Shown here piece after piece: positions 11,644 to 23,438 of a stretch of DNA of 47,925 nt. Location of the stretch: NCBI GenBank assembly GCA_004431415.1, contig QPMI01000105.1, positions 1 to 47,925 on the forward strand. The letters run 5' to 3'. The notes under the pieces are model-generated. The model had not been told where the DNA came from, ran no database searches, and worked only from the letters and a program-made list of their open reading frames with translations. Position numbers and translations under genes: made by a program. This DNA is from Cyanophora paradoxa CCMP329. Its lineage: Eukaryota; Plantae; Glaucophyta. Every line of letters begins with the position of its first letter. Position 1 is the first letter of the stretch.

Positions 11644-13336
11644 CGCTAGCCTTAGGCAGGTGCACCCGGCCCACATGAGGGCAGGATGCACCTGCCTTCC
11701 CACTTGGAAGGGCAGAGCCTCGTACAGGGCCTCTGTTGGGCAGGGTGCACCTGCCTAAGGCTAGCGCCTCGTGCACGTTCCCCATGGAAAGTGTTTTTGT
11801 GCACCTGACCTCCTGTTGTGGGCCCGACGGGAATTCAATTCAAACTGACCAGGGCTGAGAAGGAGTGAACCCAGGAAACATTCAAGTTCCCAAACACTTG
11901 GTGGGGGCCCCACTCCGAATGGTCCCACAGGAATGGCTAAGCCTCTTGTGGGGCCACAGCTGGGAAGGGTGTACCTGCCTTGGCTAGCGCCTTGTGCATG
12001 TTCCCCCTGGAAAGGTTTTGTGTGCACCCGACTTCCTGTTGCTAGCCTGAGGAAGATGACCCGCCCACCTGCAAGTCACTCAGTCGAATGCGCCTTGTGC
12101 ATATTCCCCCAGAGAGATTTGGGGTGCATTTTTCTTCTTTTTTCTGGGAGATTGGAAACCTGGGGCCTTCGACTGAGTGACTTGCAGGTGGGTGGGTCAT
12201 CTTCCTAAGGCTAGCGCCTTCTGCATATTCCCCCAGAGAGATTTGGGGTGCATCTTTTTTCGATTTTGTGGCTGATTGGAAACCTGGGGCCTTCGACTGA
12301 GTGACTTGCAGGTGGGAGGGTCATCTTTGTAAGGCTGGCGCCTTCTGCATATTCCCCCAGAGAGATTTGGGGTGCATCTGTTTTCGATTTTGTGGCTGAT
12401 TGGAAACCTGGGGCCTTCGACTGAGTGACTTGCAGGTGGGTGGGTCATCTGCCTAAGGCTAGCGCCTTGTGCATATTCCCCCAGAGAGATTTAGCCGATG
12501 GCTAGCGCCTTGTGCATATTCCCCCAGAGAGATTTGGAGTTCATCTTTCTTCTTTTTTCTGGCAGATTTGAAATCTGGGGCCTTAGACTGAGTGACTCGC
12601 AGGTGGGTGGGTCATCTTCCTAAGGCTAGCGCCTTGTGCACATTCCCCCAGAGAGATTTAAGGTGCATCTTTCTTCTGTTTTGCCACAGATCGGAAACCT
12701 GGGGCCTTCGACTGAGTGGCTTGCTGGTGGGTGGGTTCATCTTCCTAAGGCTAGCGCCTTGTGCATATTCCCCCAGAGAGATTTGGGGTGCATCTTTCTT
12801 CTATTCTCTGGCAGATTGGAAATCTGGGGCCTTCGACTGAGTGACTTGCTTTGAGGTGGGTCATCTGCCTAAGGCTAGCGCCTTCTGCATACCAAGAGAG
12901 ATTTTGGGTGCATTCTTTTTATATTTTGTGGCCTTCGACTGAGTGACTTGCACGTGGGTGGGGCATCTGCCTAAGGCTAGCGGCTTGTGCATATTCACCC
13001 AGGGAGATTTGGGGTGCATCTTTTTTCTATTTGGTCACCTGAGCAGAAACCTGGGGCCTTTGACTGAGTGACTTGCATTTGGGTGGTTCATCTCCTTAAG
13101 GCTAGCGCCTTGTGCATATTCTCCCAGAGAGATTTGAAGTGCATCTTTCTTCTATTTTGTGGCGGATCAGAAACCTGGGGCCTTTGACTGAGTGACTTGC
13201 TGGTGGGTGGGTCATCCTCCTAAGGCTAGCGCCTTGTGCATATTCCCCCAGAGAGATTTGGGGTGCATCTTTCTTCTTTTTCCTGGCAGATTGGAAACCT
13301 GGGGCTTTTGACTGAGTGACTTGCAGGTGGGTGGGT
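11644..13336 (-). repeat. S1 (to ~12040) then S2 satellite, mostly reverse, with short forward patches at 11644 and 12041
   Basis: Monomer matches. Both forward patches begin at the core GCTAGCC. Confidence 0.93.
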
Positions 13337-13339
13337 TGG

Positions 13340-14393
13340 GGGGCGTGGCCAACGTTGATGTATACGTATGTCTAACGCCCTCGCACGCTTCGTCAGTTTG
13401 CCTGTCGCGATCCACGCTGGTTTTGCCAGCATGTGCACCCTAGCGTCCTTTGCGTCTCTGTAGCCCGCAGCTGGCAACTTTTGCGAGATGAGTGGTGCGC
13501 ATGTCTTGTTTCCCGGGACTCGTCACTAAGCTTACTCGTCGAGTCGTGCAGATGGGCTGTGCCCCGAGCGGAAGATGCCCTGCCCCGAGACGCATGCGGG
13601 CCGCTGTAAGTGATCCAGTGATTGATCGAGCCACCCGTAATACACCCCGCAGACACCAAGCGGCTGAAGAGACAGAAAACCTCTGAATCTGACTACGTGC
13701 ACCCTTTCGATGCCGGCGAACTTTTGGTTGGCCTTGCGAGGTCACTTGCAACCTTTTGGGTTCTTCTTCAAATCATTACTCAGACCAACGTACCGCCGAG
13801 GCCGAGGCCACCAGGCCTTCTGAGTCGTGAGCGACTGAAAGCTGTTTTTATCGGCTTTCTGCTTATTCTTTGTGGTGGATTGCAGCCGCGGGCAAAGAAC
13901 GTCTCCACTGCAGAAGCCGTGCACACTCACGGCCTGCGAGCCTGCCACGTTGCTCTCGCCAAGGCCATGGCGCAGTTTTGATCTCAGTAGGCGCAAGTGG
14001 AGTTGTGCCGCCTGGTCAAGCAGCATGGGTGCCGGTGAGCGACGAGGGATGCTCAAAAATTGAGCACATTCCTGAGAAGGAACGGAGTGCTGTCAAACAT
14101 CTCATTGTGAAGTCCCAGCTCAAAGCAACTGAAGCTCAACTGTCAGCGTCTGCCTACCATGGGGTTCTCAGAGCATTCCAGAGTCAGCTCTACACCTTTG
14201 CTGGCAAGTTCTCTTTCGAGTTCGGTGATTGTGAAGAAATGGTTCAGCTAGAGCAAAAGCTGCACATTGCTGGTCTGGAGGATCTCGCCAGTCTGCAGCC
14301 AAATCTTCACGTCGTTTTCTGTCGTTGTGTTTCCGACATCTGGCCCGCATCACACTTCACGTGCCCCAGCTTCACACAGCCTCTGATGCCACT
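13340..14393 (+). other. Unique ~1-kb island, possible gene fragment
   Basis: Non-repetitive. The frame 13870-14406 reads protein-like in its second half, but no family was recognised. Confidence 0.25.
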
Positions 14394-15030
14394 CCCAGGT
14401 ATCTGATCTGCCACATAATACAAGAAAGATGCACCCCTCATCTCTCTGGAAGAATATGCACAAGGCCCTTGCCTGAGGCAGATGGCCTACCCATCAGCAA
14501 ATCACTCAGTCGAAGGCCCCAGTTTTCTGATCTGTGATAAAATAGAAGAAAGATGCACCCCAAATCTCTCTGGGGGAATATGCACAAGGCCCTAGCCTTA
14601 GGAAGATGAACCCACCCACCAGCAAGCCACTCAGTCAAAGGCCCCAGGTTTCTGATCTGCCAGGTTTCCGATCTGCCACAAAATAGAAGAAGAATGCACC
14701 CAAAATCTCTCTGGGGGAATATGCACAAGGTGCTAGCCTTAGGCAGATGGCCTACCCACCGGCAAATCACTCAGTCAAAGGCCCCAGGTTTCCAATCAGC
14801 CACAAAAAAGAAGAAAGATGCACTCCAAATCTCTCTGGGGGAATATGCACAAGGCGCTAGCCTTAGGAAGATGAACCCACCCACCAGCAAGCCAATCAGT
14901 GAAAGGCCCCAGGATAAGGATCTGTGACAAAAAAAAGAAAGATGCACCCCAAATCTCTCTGGGGGAATATGCACAAGGCACAATCCTTAGGAAGATGACC
15001 CACCCAAAAGGAAGTCACTCAATCAAAAAC
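14394..15030 (+). repeat. S2 satellite array
   Basis: About 5 monomers. Confidence 0.95.
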
Positions 15031-15314
15031 CCCAATTTTCCGGAAACAGGAGAGACGACTGTTCAATCCATGGCGGTTTTTGAGTTCCGTGGAGGTCACA
15101 CGTCTCAGACAAGAAGAGTCTGCCTGAAAAACCTTCGAGCAGCCTGAACGCTGTCTTTCGTGGCAAGAGTTCCAAAAGTTATGAAACAGCTCTGCCAGAT
15201 GGATGCTTGCAAAGGCTTTGCACAGGAATCGTAAAAAGAAGGCGACGCAAAGCCGGTGAGGAACAGAATGAAAACTCCTAGTTTGGGTTTGGGGGTCCTG
15301 TCATTGTCCCCGCC

Positions 15315-15505
15315 CTGTCAGCCTCTTACCGGGTCACAGCTGGGCAGGGTGCACATGCCGATGGCTAGCGCCTTTTGCATTTCCCCCTGGAAAGTTTTTG
15401 TGTGTACCTGACTTCCTATTGGGCACCCGATGGGAATTCGAAATCAGCCAGGTGAGCAGAGGGAATAAACCCAGGAAACGTTTTAATCCCTAAACACTCT
15501 GTAGA
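15315..15505 (-). repeat. Highly diverged S1 monomer
   Basis: ggctagcgccttttgcatttccccctggaaag core and downstream blocks are recognisable. Confidence 0.75.
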
Positions 15506-15785
15506 AACCGCAGCCCAATGCAGCCAGGAAGTGAGTGCGGATTGAGAGCGCTGCAAAAGCTCATCTAGATGTGCATGCAGTTTTCTGGGCTCAAGGCCTC
15601 AAGAGAGGGTGTGCTGCTGGCATGCCGGAGCTCACTGGACCAGGCAATCGAGGTCCATCGAACCCAGGCCCAGGGCCCGAAGCAGCCAGCGACCGAGAGC
15701 CGTGAAGCTCATCTGCATTCCGTTTCCAGGGCTTGATGGCTTGAGAAAGGGCGCGCTGCAGGCATGCTTGAGCTCACCAGACCAG

Positions 15786-16061
15786 GCAGCAGAGGCCCTG
15801 TAAGAGGCTCCACTGTTCTGAGTGGGACCCCCACCGAGTGTTTGGGGACTTGAATGTATCCTGAGTTCACTCCTTCTCAGCCCTGGTCAGTTTGAATTCC
15901 CGTTGGGCCCACAACAGGAAGTCAGGCGCACACAAAACCTTTGCAGGGGGAACGTGCACAAGGCGCTAGCCTTAGGCAGATGCACCCTGCACTGCCCAGC
16001 TGCGGCCCTGCAAGAGGCTCAGTCTTTCCGAGTGGGACCCCCACCGACTGTATAGGGACTT
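15786..16061 (+). repeat. S1 satellite
   Basis: About 1.3 monomers directly upstream of the GT17 gene. Confidence 0.9.
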
Positions 16062-16160
16062 CGGTTATTATTATTTATTTCTTTATTTCGGTTCTCCACT
16101 TCTGTTGCGGGATCGACCTGTAAGCCGCTCATTTCCAGCTTGCGACAGATCGAATTGGAA

Positions 16161-17231
16161 ATGCTTTGGATATGGCAACAAAAACGTACCAAGATTAGAT
16201 TATGCACCATTGCGACCTGTATACTTCTGTATGTTGTATTCCAATTTCTTTATGCGATTCAAAGCAAGCAAGTTGTTGAGCACCTGCAGCAAGATTTCGC
16301 CACGTCGGCGTCCATCGCGTATGCCGATTCTTTCCCTGATGGATTGACGGATCGTCGCCCAGTAATTCTCGGATTCCCTTTCTTGCACGAGCTCGATCTG
16401 CTACACGTCAAGCTCGAAATCCTGCAGCATGTCGTAAGTATCTTCATTGTGTCTGAATCGTGTTACACACAGAGAGGTTTGCCTAAACCTTTGCATTTCT
16501 TCGAAGCCAGGCATGAACCTCGATTTGTGAAGTTCCACAACCGCATTGTTCATGTAAATGATTGCGACCCACCTGGTGCAGTCGATGACGCACTGGGGTG
16601 GAGACATGAACGCAAGGTGAAAAGCAATATTGTCTTAGCGCTTCGAAACCTGTCATTTACGGAAGGGATTGTGATTATTGGTGATGCAGACGAGATTCCC
16701 TCCCCAGAAGCCGTACTTTGGCTCCAGAAACACCTCAATTACTCCGATACTTTTGAGTTCGCGACAACTATGCATCATTTTGTTTATGGATTCATGTGGA
16801 TAGCAAGAGACCACCACTATTCCACTATGACAGCAAGAACGTTGCAGCAAGAATTGAGATTCTGGGCTTCGAAATTTCATAACCGACCGTTTTCCCAAAA
16901 TGTACGACCGCTTGGAATGCATCCTAGTGGTTGGCATTGCTCGTATTGCATTGAGGAAAATCTGATTTTAGAGAAAATACAGTCTGCAAACACTGTTGAT
17001 GGCCCTCTTATCTTAAGTTCTTTAGATTGGACTCTACTCGATATTCAGGAATTCAAGTCTTGCGGAAAAACTTTACAGGGAATGATACTTACGCCTACAA
17101 AGATTCAGCTGAACTCCTCCTCCCTGTCTTTGTACCCCTATCTTACATCTTTGCCCTCGCCAATTTCAATTGACTGCCAGAATTTGCGACTACCAAAAAA
17201 GATGGCGAAGAAGCCCAAGCAGTACTCGTAA
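16161..17231 (+). CDS. Glycosyltransferase family 17 (MGAT3/GnT-III-like), type II membrane protein
   Basis: Short basic tail plus TM helix, ELDLLHVKLEIL..VVSIFIVSES..T.RG.PKPL, IIGDADEIP (DxD), GWHCSYC. Intact and intronless; first ATG at 16161. Confidence 0.88.
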   Translation: MLWIWQQKRTKIRLCTIATCILLYVVFQFLYAIQSKQVVEHLQQDFATSASIAYADSFPDGLTDRRPVILGFPFLHELDLLHVKLEILQHVVSIFIVSESCYTQRGLPKPLHFFEARHEPRFVKFHNRIVHVNDCDPPGAVDDALGWRHERKVKSNIVLALRNLSFTEGIVIIGDADEIPSPEAVLWLQKHLNYSDTFEFATTMHHFVYGFMWIARDHHYSTMTARTLQQELRFWASKFHNRPFSQNVRPLGMHPSGWHCSYCIEENLILEKIQSANTVDGPLILSSLDWTLLDIQEFKSCGKTLQGMILTPTKIQLNSSSLSLYPYLTSLPSPISIDCQNLRLPKKMAKKPKQYS

Positions 17232-17247
17232 TTTGTAACTGTTTCGA

Positions 17248-17745
17248 AAAGAAAAGAAAGAGATCAATCAGGGTCCCTTCATGGCTGGAGCCAAGAGGCA
17301 TGGACCATCTGGCGGCAGCCCTCAGCAGGCGAACCACACTCCTTAGGACCAGCAAGAAAGTAACTCCCTTGCCGTGAGAAACGTCTTTGAGCTCAGTCCA
17401 TGGTCCAGTGAAACGATGGGAAAGCTTATCAGACCGCCAATTGGAAGGGGTCTTTACAGCAACAACTTCGCCAGGTATGAAAACTGATGGAGGGACAATG
17501 CTGCTGCTTGGCGAGGTACTTCTCTTTAGCTTGCTGGATATCACTATAAATCCGAGAGAAACGCCGTGCCAGCGTAGCTGGACAACCAGAAGGCTCTGAA
17601 GTTGTCACTTGAACTTCAGGAGTTGCCAGCAAGTCTACTGGAAGAGAAAAAGGTTCTCCATACAACCTTTCGAAAGAATTATAGCGAAGAGAGCGAACGG
17701 GAGAGAGAGCCCGTGTCGAAGCATTTTTGTCAATATAGCCTCCAA
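17248..17745 (-). pseudogene. Deleted integrase C-terminus/3' end of an A-like element
   Basis: LPVDLLATPEVQVTTSEP, SDKLSHRFTGPW; homologous to 42110-42640. Confidence 0.88.
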
Positions 17746-18057
17746 CAGGGCCACAGCTGGGGGTCACAGCTGGGCGGGTTGCACCTCCCCAAGGCTAGCG
17801 CCTTGTGCATTCTCCCCCTGGAGAGGGTTTTGTATGCACCAGACTCCCTGCTGTGGGCCCACCAGGAATTCAAAATGACCCGGGCCAGGAAGGAGTGAAC
17901 CCAGGAAATTCAAGTCCCCAAACACTCGGTGCAGGTCCCACTTGGATTGGCAGAGCCTCTTACAGGGCCTCTGCTGGGCAGGGTGCACCTGCCTAAGGCT
18001 AGCGCCTTGTGCATGTTCCCCCTGGAAAGGTCTCGTGTGCACCTGACCTTGCTGTTA
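17746..18057 (-). repeat. S1 satellite
   Basis: About 1.5 monomers, reverse. Confidence 0.92.
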
Positions 18058-18154
18058 GCTGAGCTTGGCAAGGTGTCTCCAACAATTAAATCCGCGAATT
18101 CTTACGATTCACCGCAACAGCATCGAATCTAATCGAAAATCACCGTAAGGATCA

Positions 18155-20158
18155 GTCTGTATCAGAAGTTAGGACTTTTCTTGGAATGACTGGATATTAT
18201 AGAATCTTTGTACCTTTATATGCAGTTCTTGCGGCGCCACTCTATGATCTTTGCGCCAAGAGTTCACATTTTCATTGGACTGCTCGAGAGGATCTGGCTT
18301 TTCGAAATTTAAAAGAGTTGCTTTGTTCTGCTCCCATTCTTTCGCTTCCTGATTTCTCTAAATCTTTCATTCTCAAAACTGATGCTTCTAAGACCGGAGT
18401 TGGTGCGGTCCTTTCTCAATTGGATGAATTTCGGAATGAAAAAGTTGTTTCCTTTGCCTCTCACAAATTCTCATCTCCTGAGAAGAAGTGGAATCGTGAA
18501 GTTGTTATCGAATATGCAGCTGAGTCCCTTTCTGATGAGCAGCAGAAGTGGACGGTCACGGAGCAGGATTTGTATGCAATTTGGTGGGCGGTCACCAAGA
18601 AGTTCCCTCAGTATCTCCATGGCAAGAAGTTCATTATCAAGTCTGATCACTCGGCTCTTCAATATTTGAAATCGGCTAAGAAGTTGCCCAGTGCTCTCAT
18701 CACTCGCTGGATTATGGATACGCAAAAGTTTGACTTCGAGATCCAACACAAGCCTGGCAAGTCTAATGCCGATGCGGATGCTCTTTCTCGCCTTGTGCGA
18801 GTAGCAGTTCTTTCCTTGGAAGCGATGGAGTTTTCTTCTAATTTTTCGAGCGCTTTCTTGGATGCAATTGAGTTGCAGTTGAGTTTGCCCCCGGCTCGAA
18901 TTCGGGATGAGCAAATAAATGATGTTAATTTTGGCGGATATGATTAAGTATTTAGAATCAGATATTACTATTGAACCACAAGGTGTCAACAAGGAGGCCG
19001 AACGCCAACTCAAGAGCGGCAAGTTTTCTGTGCAAGATGGCGTTCTCGTCCACACTCGGCCTTCGGACAAACTTGTGCGTATTTGCGTACCAGATCATCT
19101 TAAATCAACTATTCTGTCATCGGTACACCGCACGCTCGGACATCCTGGAGTCGGCAAAATGTACAATCATCTCAAGCGGCGGTACTACTGGCGGAGTATG
19201 TTTTCTGATGTCGCTGCATTTGTTTCGACATGTGCCGATTGTCAACGTGTCAAGAATTCCAAGACTGTACAAGCAATTCCTCAATTTGAAATTCATCCTG
19301 ACCGGCCGATGCAGCACTTGGAAATTGACATCGTCGGGCCTTTTCCGAAGTCGAAGCAAGGCAACAAATATCTGATTACTATTATCGATGTTTTGACGCG
19401 TTGGTGCCATGCGGTGCCCGCGCGAACGAAGTCAGCTATGTCCGTCGTTCGGGCGTTGTTCGACCACTGGATTCCCCTTCATGGAGTCCCCGCCAAGATT
19501 TGGTCGGATCAGGGCGGCGAATTCAAGAATTTGCTTCTTAATGAACTGGAGCGTCTTTTCGGAATAAAGGCGGTCTTTTCTTCTTCCTATCATCCGCAGT
19601 CGCAAGGAGCTGTGGAAAAATTGAATGACACTTTGGTCACTCGCCTACGGTTTTATATTGACAAGAACGCTTCGACATGGGATCTCTCTCTTCCGTTCGC
19701 TCTCTTCGCAGTTCGCAATTTCGTTAATCCTATTACTGGACACACTCCTTTTGAAATGTTGTATGAGAGGCCTTGTACTCTTCCTGTGGACTTGCTGGCT
19801 ACTCCTGAGCTTCAAGTGACTACTTCAGAGCCTTCTAATTATCCGGGTACGCTGGCACGGCGTTTCTCTCGGATTTACACTGATATTCAGCAAGCTAAGG
19901 AGGAATATCTTGCCAAGCAGCAGCAGCGGCCTTCTCAACCAGTTTTTAATTCTGGGGAAGTTGTTGCTGTGAAGACCCCTTCCACTCGGCGGTCTGACAA
20001 GCTTTCCCATCGTTTCACTGGGCCTTGGACTGTGCTCAAAGATGTTTATCACGGCAAGGGAGTTACTTTCTTGCTGGAGTATTCTGGTCCTAAGGAGCGT
20101 GGTTCCCCTGCTGAGGGCTCGCGTCAAATGGTTCATGCCTCTCGGCTCAAGCCTTGGA
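18155..20158 (+). pseudogene. pol: Family A pol fragment: RNase H (18186-18947) plus integrase in the +1 frame (from 18919)
   Basis: Near-identical to the reverse complement of 1-230. HHCC (HRTLGH..CADC), DDE (IDIVGP, SDQGGEF, AVEKLN) and GPW motifs. Confidence 0.93.
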
Positions 20159-20230
20159 GTGCTAGTTGTCAAACTCGAGCGGAATCCAGATGCCAGCTTA
20201 ACGTTCACTCGCGATTAACAGGGCCGGGCC

Positions 20231-20923
20231 AAATCCCTCTGGGCGAATATGCACATGGCGCCTTAGGCAGATGAACCCACCCACCAGAAAGTCACTGGGT
20301 CGAAGGCCCCTGGATAAGGATCTGTGACAAAATAGAAGCAAGATGCACCCCAAATCTCTCAGGGGGAATATCCACAGGGGGCTAGCCTTAGGCAGATGAT
20401 CCCACCCACCAGCAAGTCACTGAGTCGAAGGCCCCAGGTTTCCGATAAGCCAGTGCTTTTGTTTGCATGACTTCGAACTGCAAACAATGCAGGAGAAATG
20501 AACTTGTCCCAGTCATTGCGATCCTCATTGACATAGTTGTAGATGATATCTTTAAAGGATTGATTAAAACGCTCAACCTTTCCAGTAGCCATGGGCCGAT
20601 AACCAGTGTTGAGAACGGACTTGGTTCCAAGCTTGCGACATAAGTGTTTGATGACATGGCTTGCAAATGCACCGCCTCAATCTGTGTAAATCATTCGAGG
20701 CACTCCATGACGGCAGACAATGTCTTCATACAGTAGATTTGCTGCTGCTTTGGCTGACATAGTCGGATAGGCCTGGAACCTTCAACACACATTTATGCAG
20801 AAGACAAATATGAAATATTTAATATTGAGATCTCCTTATCAAATGATGTAAAGCAGATTTATAATGAGGCCATCTGCGTAAGGATAGCGCCTTGTGCATG
20901 TTCCCCCAGAGAGATTTGGGGTG
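20231..20923. other. Patchwork: S2(+) 20231-20445, family C integrase piece (-) 20446-20772, family C piece (+) 20774-20868, S2(-) to 20923
   Basis: Pieces match ~27115-27440 (reverse) and ~26532-26626 (forward). Confidence 0.85.
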
Positions 20924-22300
20924 AGGAGCATTGGTCAGCCCCATGGGCATAACATTCATTTCAAATAGTCCAAATGGAGTTTTAAACGCAGTTTTCTCTC
21001 TATCAGACTTTTTCATCCGCACTTGCCAGAAGCCGCTAACCAGATCCATGTTTGAAAAGAACTGACTTCCTTGCAAAGCATCCAACATATCTTGTATGTT
21101 GGGAAGTGGATAGACATTCTTTTTTGTAACTGCATTCAAATTCCTGTAATCCACAACAAGTCGCATATCTGTAGTATCATGTTTACTTACACAAAAAGCT
21201 GGTGACGACCACGAACTCTTTGATGGAATTGCCAAATTTCGAATTAACAAATCTATTAAAGTCTTCTTGAACAAATCCCGATCTCTTGGAGAATAGTGAA
21301 TCGGATGGGACTTAATAGGTGGATGATCCCCGGTATCAATCGTGTGTTCTCCTGGTAAACACTTGTCCTCTTCAAAAACAAAGTTTTCGACAAACAGATC
21401 GCAGTTATTTCGAAACAGCTCCCTCATGATAGACTTTTCAATGTCAGATGCTCCCTCAAACCCGAAATCTATAATAGCTTCGATTTTCTCAAAGTACTTT
21501 TTATCAAAGAGTGGATCAATAGTTGATCTCTCATTGGTGGGCTCTGACAGCTGCAAAGAATGGATTTCATACGTGGATTCTTCTTGCCAATTGGCTATGT
21601 GATCTCCTTTTTGCAATGTCACATCTGTTGTAGAAATATTGAAAATAAGAGCCCACGTTTTTCCTTGCTCAGCACATTGTTGTCCATTTATTCCATGCAG
21701 TGAATACATGTTCAATTTAGGTGCATTGAAAATAACACATCCGGGTCCGTTTAGTTCAGTGTGTGCACGAAGGGGAACAAATACGCCTTGCTCTGCTGGG
21801 ATAGTGATATCAGTATCCGTGAATAAGTGAACATCATGATCTTCCGTCAACAAAAGAGGGACCGTCATATCAGGGTGGATTGCTGATGTGACAACACCTT
21901 TTGAATGTGAAATATCGATTGCATTCTTGACACAATAATCACGTCCCAGAATAACATCCTGACTTAGGTCGTCAAGAACAATTAACTTTTCTTTTGTTTG
22001 CATTGGCCCAAGGGAAACATCTGCTATTTTCATACATAAAGGAGAAATGGATTCATGCGTGAATCCCTTTAACTCAGGTAATTTCTCATGTGATAACTCG
22101 ACTTTGGGGTCAGCCTTTTGCAAAACTGACATCTTTGTCAAGGAAACATCAGCGCCTGTATCAATCATTGCACGGGTTTGGATTCCATCAATTTCTATTG
22201 GCACAGTTCCCACCTTAGGGCCCTATTGGCACAGTTCCCACCTTAGGGCCCTTAAGGGATTCTCTAGAATAGACTAACTTAGGACGCAGACAAGGGTACT
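20924..22300 (-). pseudogene. pol: 5' half of family C pol (protease, dUTPase-like spacer, RT N-half)
   Basis: MIDTGAD, ILGRDY, SSWSSPAF, VDYRNLN, MDLVSGFWQ, MPMGLTNAP, then satellite. A 28-bp tandem duplication at 22195-22250 shifts the frame. Confidence 0.92.
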
Positions 22301-23304
22301 CAGGTTTGTTTGTATTGATCACATGCGGGCACTTCAATCACATTTTGAAGTTCACCTTCAACCCTTTTTCCATTGTCAAGAAGGATCTGCACTCGTCTTG
22401 TTGGACCAGATCTAGGAAAAGACTGCTGCCGGCGTATATCCTCCGCTCGCTGAGGACAGAAACGTTGAATGTGCCCCTGTTTCTTGCAGTAATAACAATT
22501 TGGAGGACGATAGGCATTGGAGTCCAAATTTGGAAGCCGAGAACCCATTTGGGCAGCACTAGAAACATCAATTGGAGGTGAGAAGTTCAGTCCCCCAGTG
22601 TTCAGTCTATGACGTTCTGCATCATCAACCCGTACCATGAAATCCGAAAGTTGCATAATTGGCAGATGATTGAAATGAGTGTAAGCAGGTTTAATCTTCT
22701 GATTCAAATGTTCCATTATACGATCGACTAAATTGCGCTCTTCTTCTCCGGGATAGGCAAGCTTGGCCAATTTCAAGGACTCTGCCAAGAAGCTATGAAT
22801 GTCGCAGTGGACCCCTGTGGAGTCCCGCTTATTTGGCGAAAGCGCATCGAACACTTTGCGCACTTCAATTTTAGAAGGGCAGCAATTTTGTTTAATGTCA
22901 TGCAGTACTGTGGTTATGAAGTTCGCGGGTAAGGGATTAGGTTTCACATAATTTCGAAGGTAGGCGCGTGCTTTCCCAGTACTAGAAAGGAATAGAATGG
23001 TGAATTTTTCGGAAACACTTAGTGTCGAGTCGCGCGCATATGCGATTTCTAACTCCTTTTCAAAATCGTCAACAGAATAGTATTTTTCGTCGCGGTGAAA
23101 TTCCGCAGAAAATTTTTGAACCTCTTGAGCTAACTTATTGATATGACCCGTGCGCGCGGCATCAGCACCGCCGTTATCACCCATTTCAAGGTTGTCTATG
23201 ATAACCTCAAAATCGTCGTTGTCAACGTCGTCGTCTTCAACTCGCTGCAGGCGCCCGTCAGAACGCCTTTGCCAACTCAGTTTGATAGCTACCGATGCTA
23301 CCAA
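22300..23304 (-). CDS. gag: gag of element C with CCHC zinc knuckle
   Basis: CYYCKKQGHIQRFC. Lies between the PBS and pol; the true start is probably the ATG of MGDNGG. Confidence 0.9.
   Translation of the reverse strand: MVASVAIKLSWQRRSDGRLQRVEDDDVDNDDFEVIIDNLEMGDNGGADAARTGHINKLAQEVQKFSAEFHRDEKYYSVDDFEKELEIAYARDSTLSVSEKFTILFLSSTGKARAYLRNYVKPNPLPANFITTVLHDIKQNCCPSKIEVRKVFDALSPNKRDSTGVHCDIHSFLAESLKLAKLAYPGEEERNLVDRIMEHLNQKIKPAYTHFNHLPIMQLSDFMVRVDDAERHRLNTGGLNFSPPIDVSSAAQMGSRLPNLDSNAYRPPNCYYCKKQGHIQRFCPQRAEDIRRQQSFPRSGPTRRVQILLDNGKRVEGELQNVIEVPACDQYKQT
23290..23303 (-). promoter_or_regulatory. Primer binding site, initiator tRNA-Met type (second copy at 29008-29021)
   Basis: TGGTAGCATCGG lies 3 nt after the LTR end; TGGTAGC is the iMet-type PBS start. 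Confidence 0.75.
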
Positions 23305-23306
23305 GT

Positions 23307-23438
23307 TAACACGCTAACAGCACAAGACGCATATATCAACACAACCACACACACTCCAAACACACCAGATCCCACAACACACCCGAACAGCTTCCGCCCT
23401 GCCCCCTCTAAGCCTCTGATTCCCCTGCTACCCTATCA
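23307..23438 (-). repeat. 5' LTR of element C (132-133 bp, TGATA...TGTTA)
   Basis: Matches 27836-27968; followed by the PBS. Confidence 0.93.

Noticed and set aside
22290-22340. Programmed +1 gag-pol shift in element C
   Set aside because: pol is +1 once the 28-bp duplication is removed, but I see no known shift motif and the copy is otherwise damaged.
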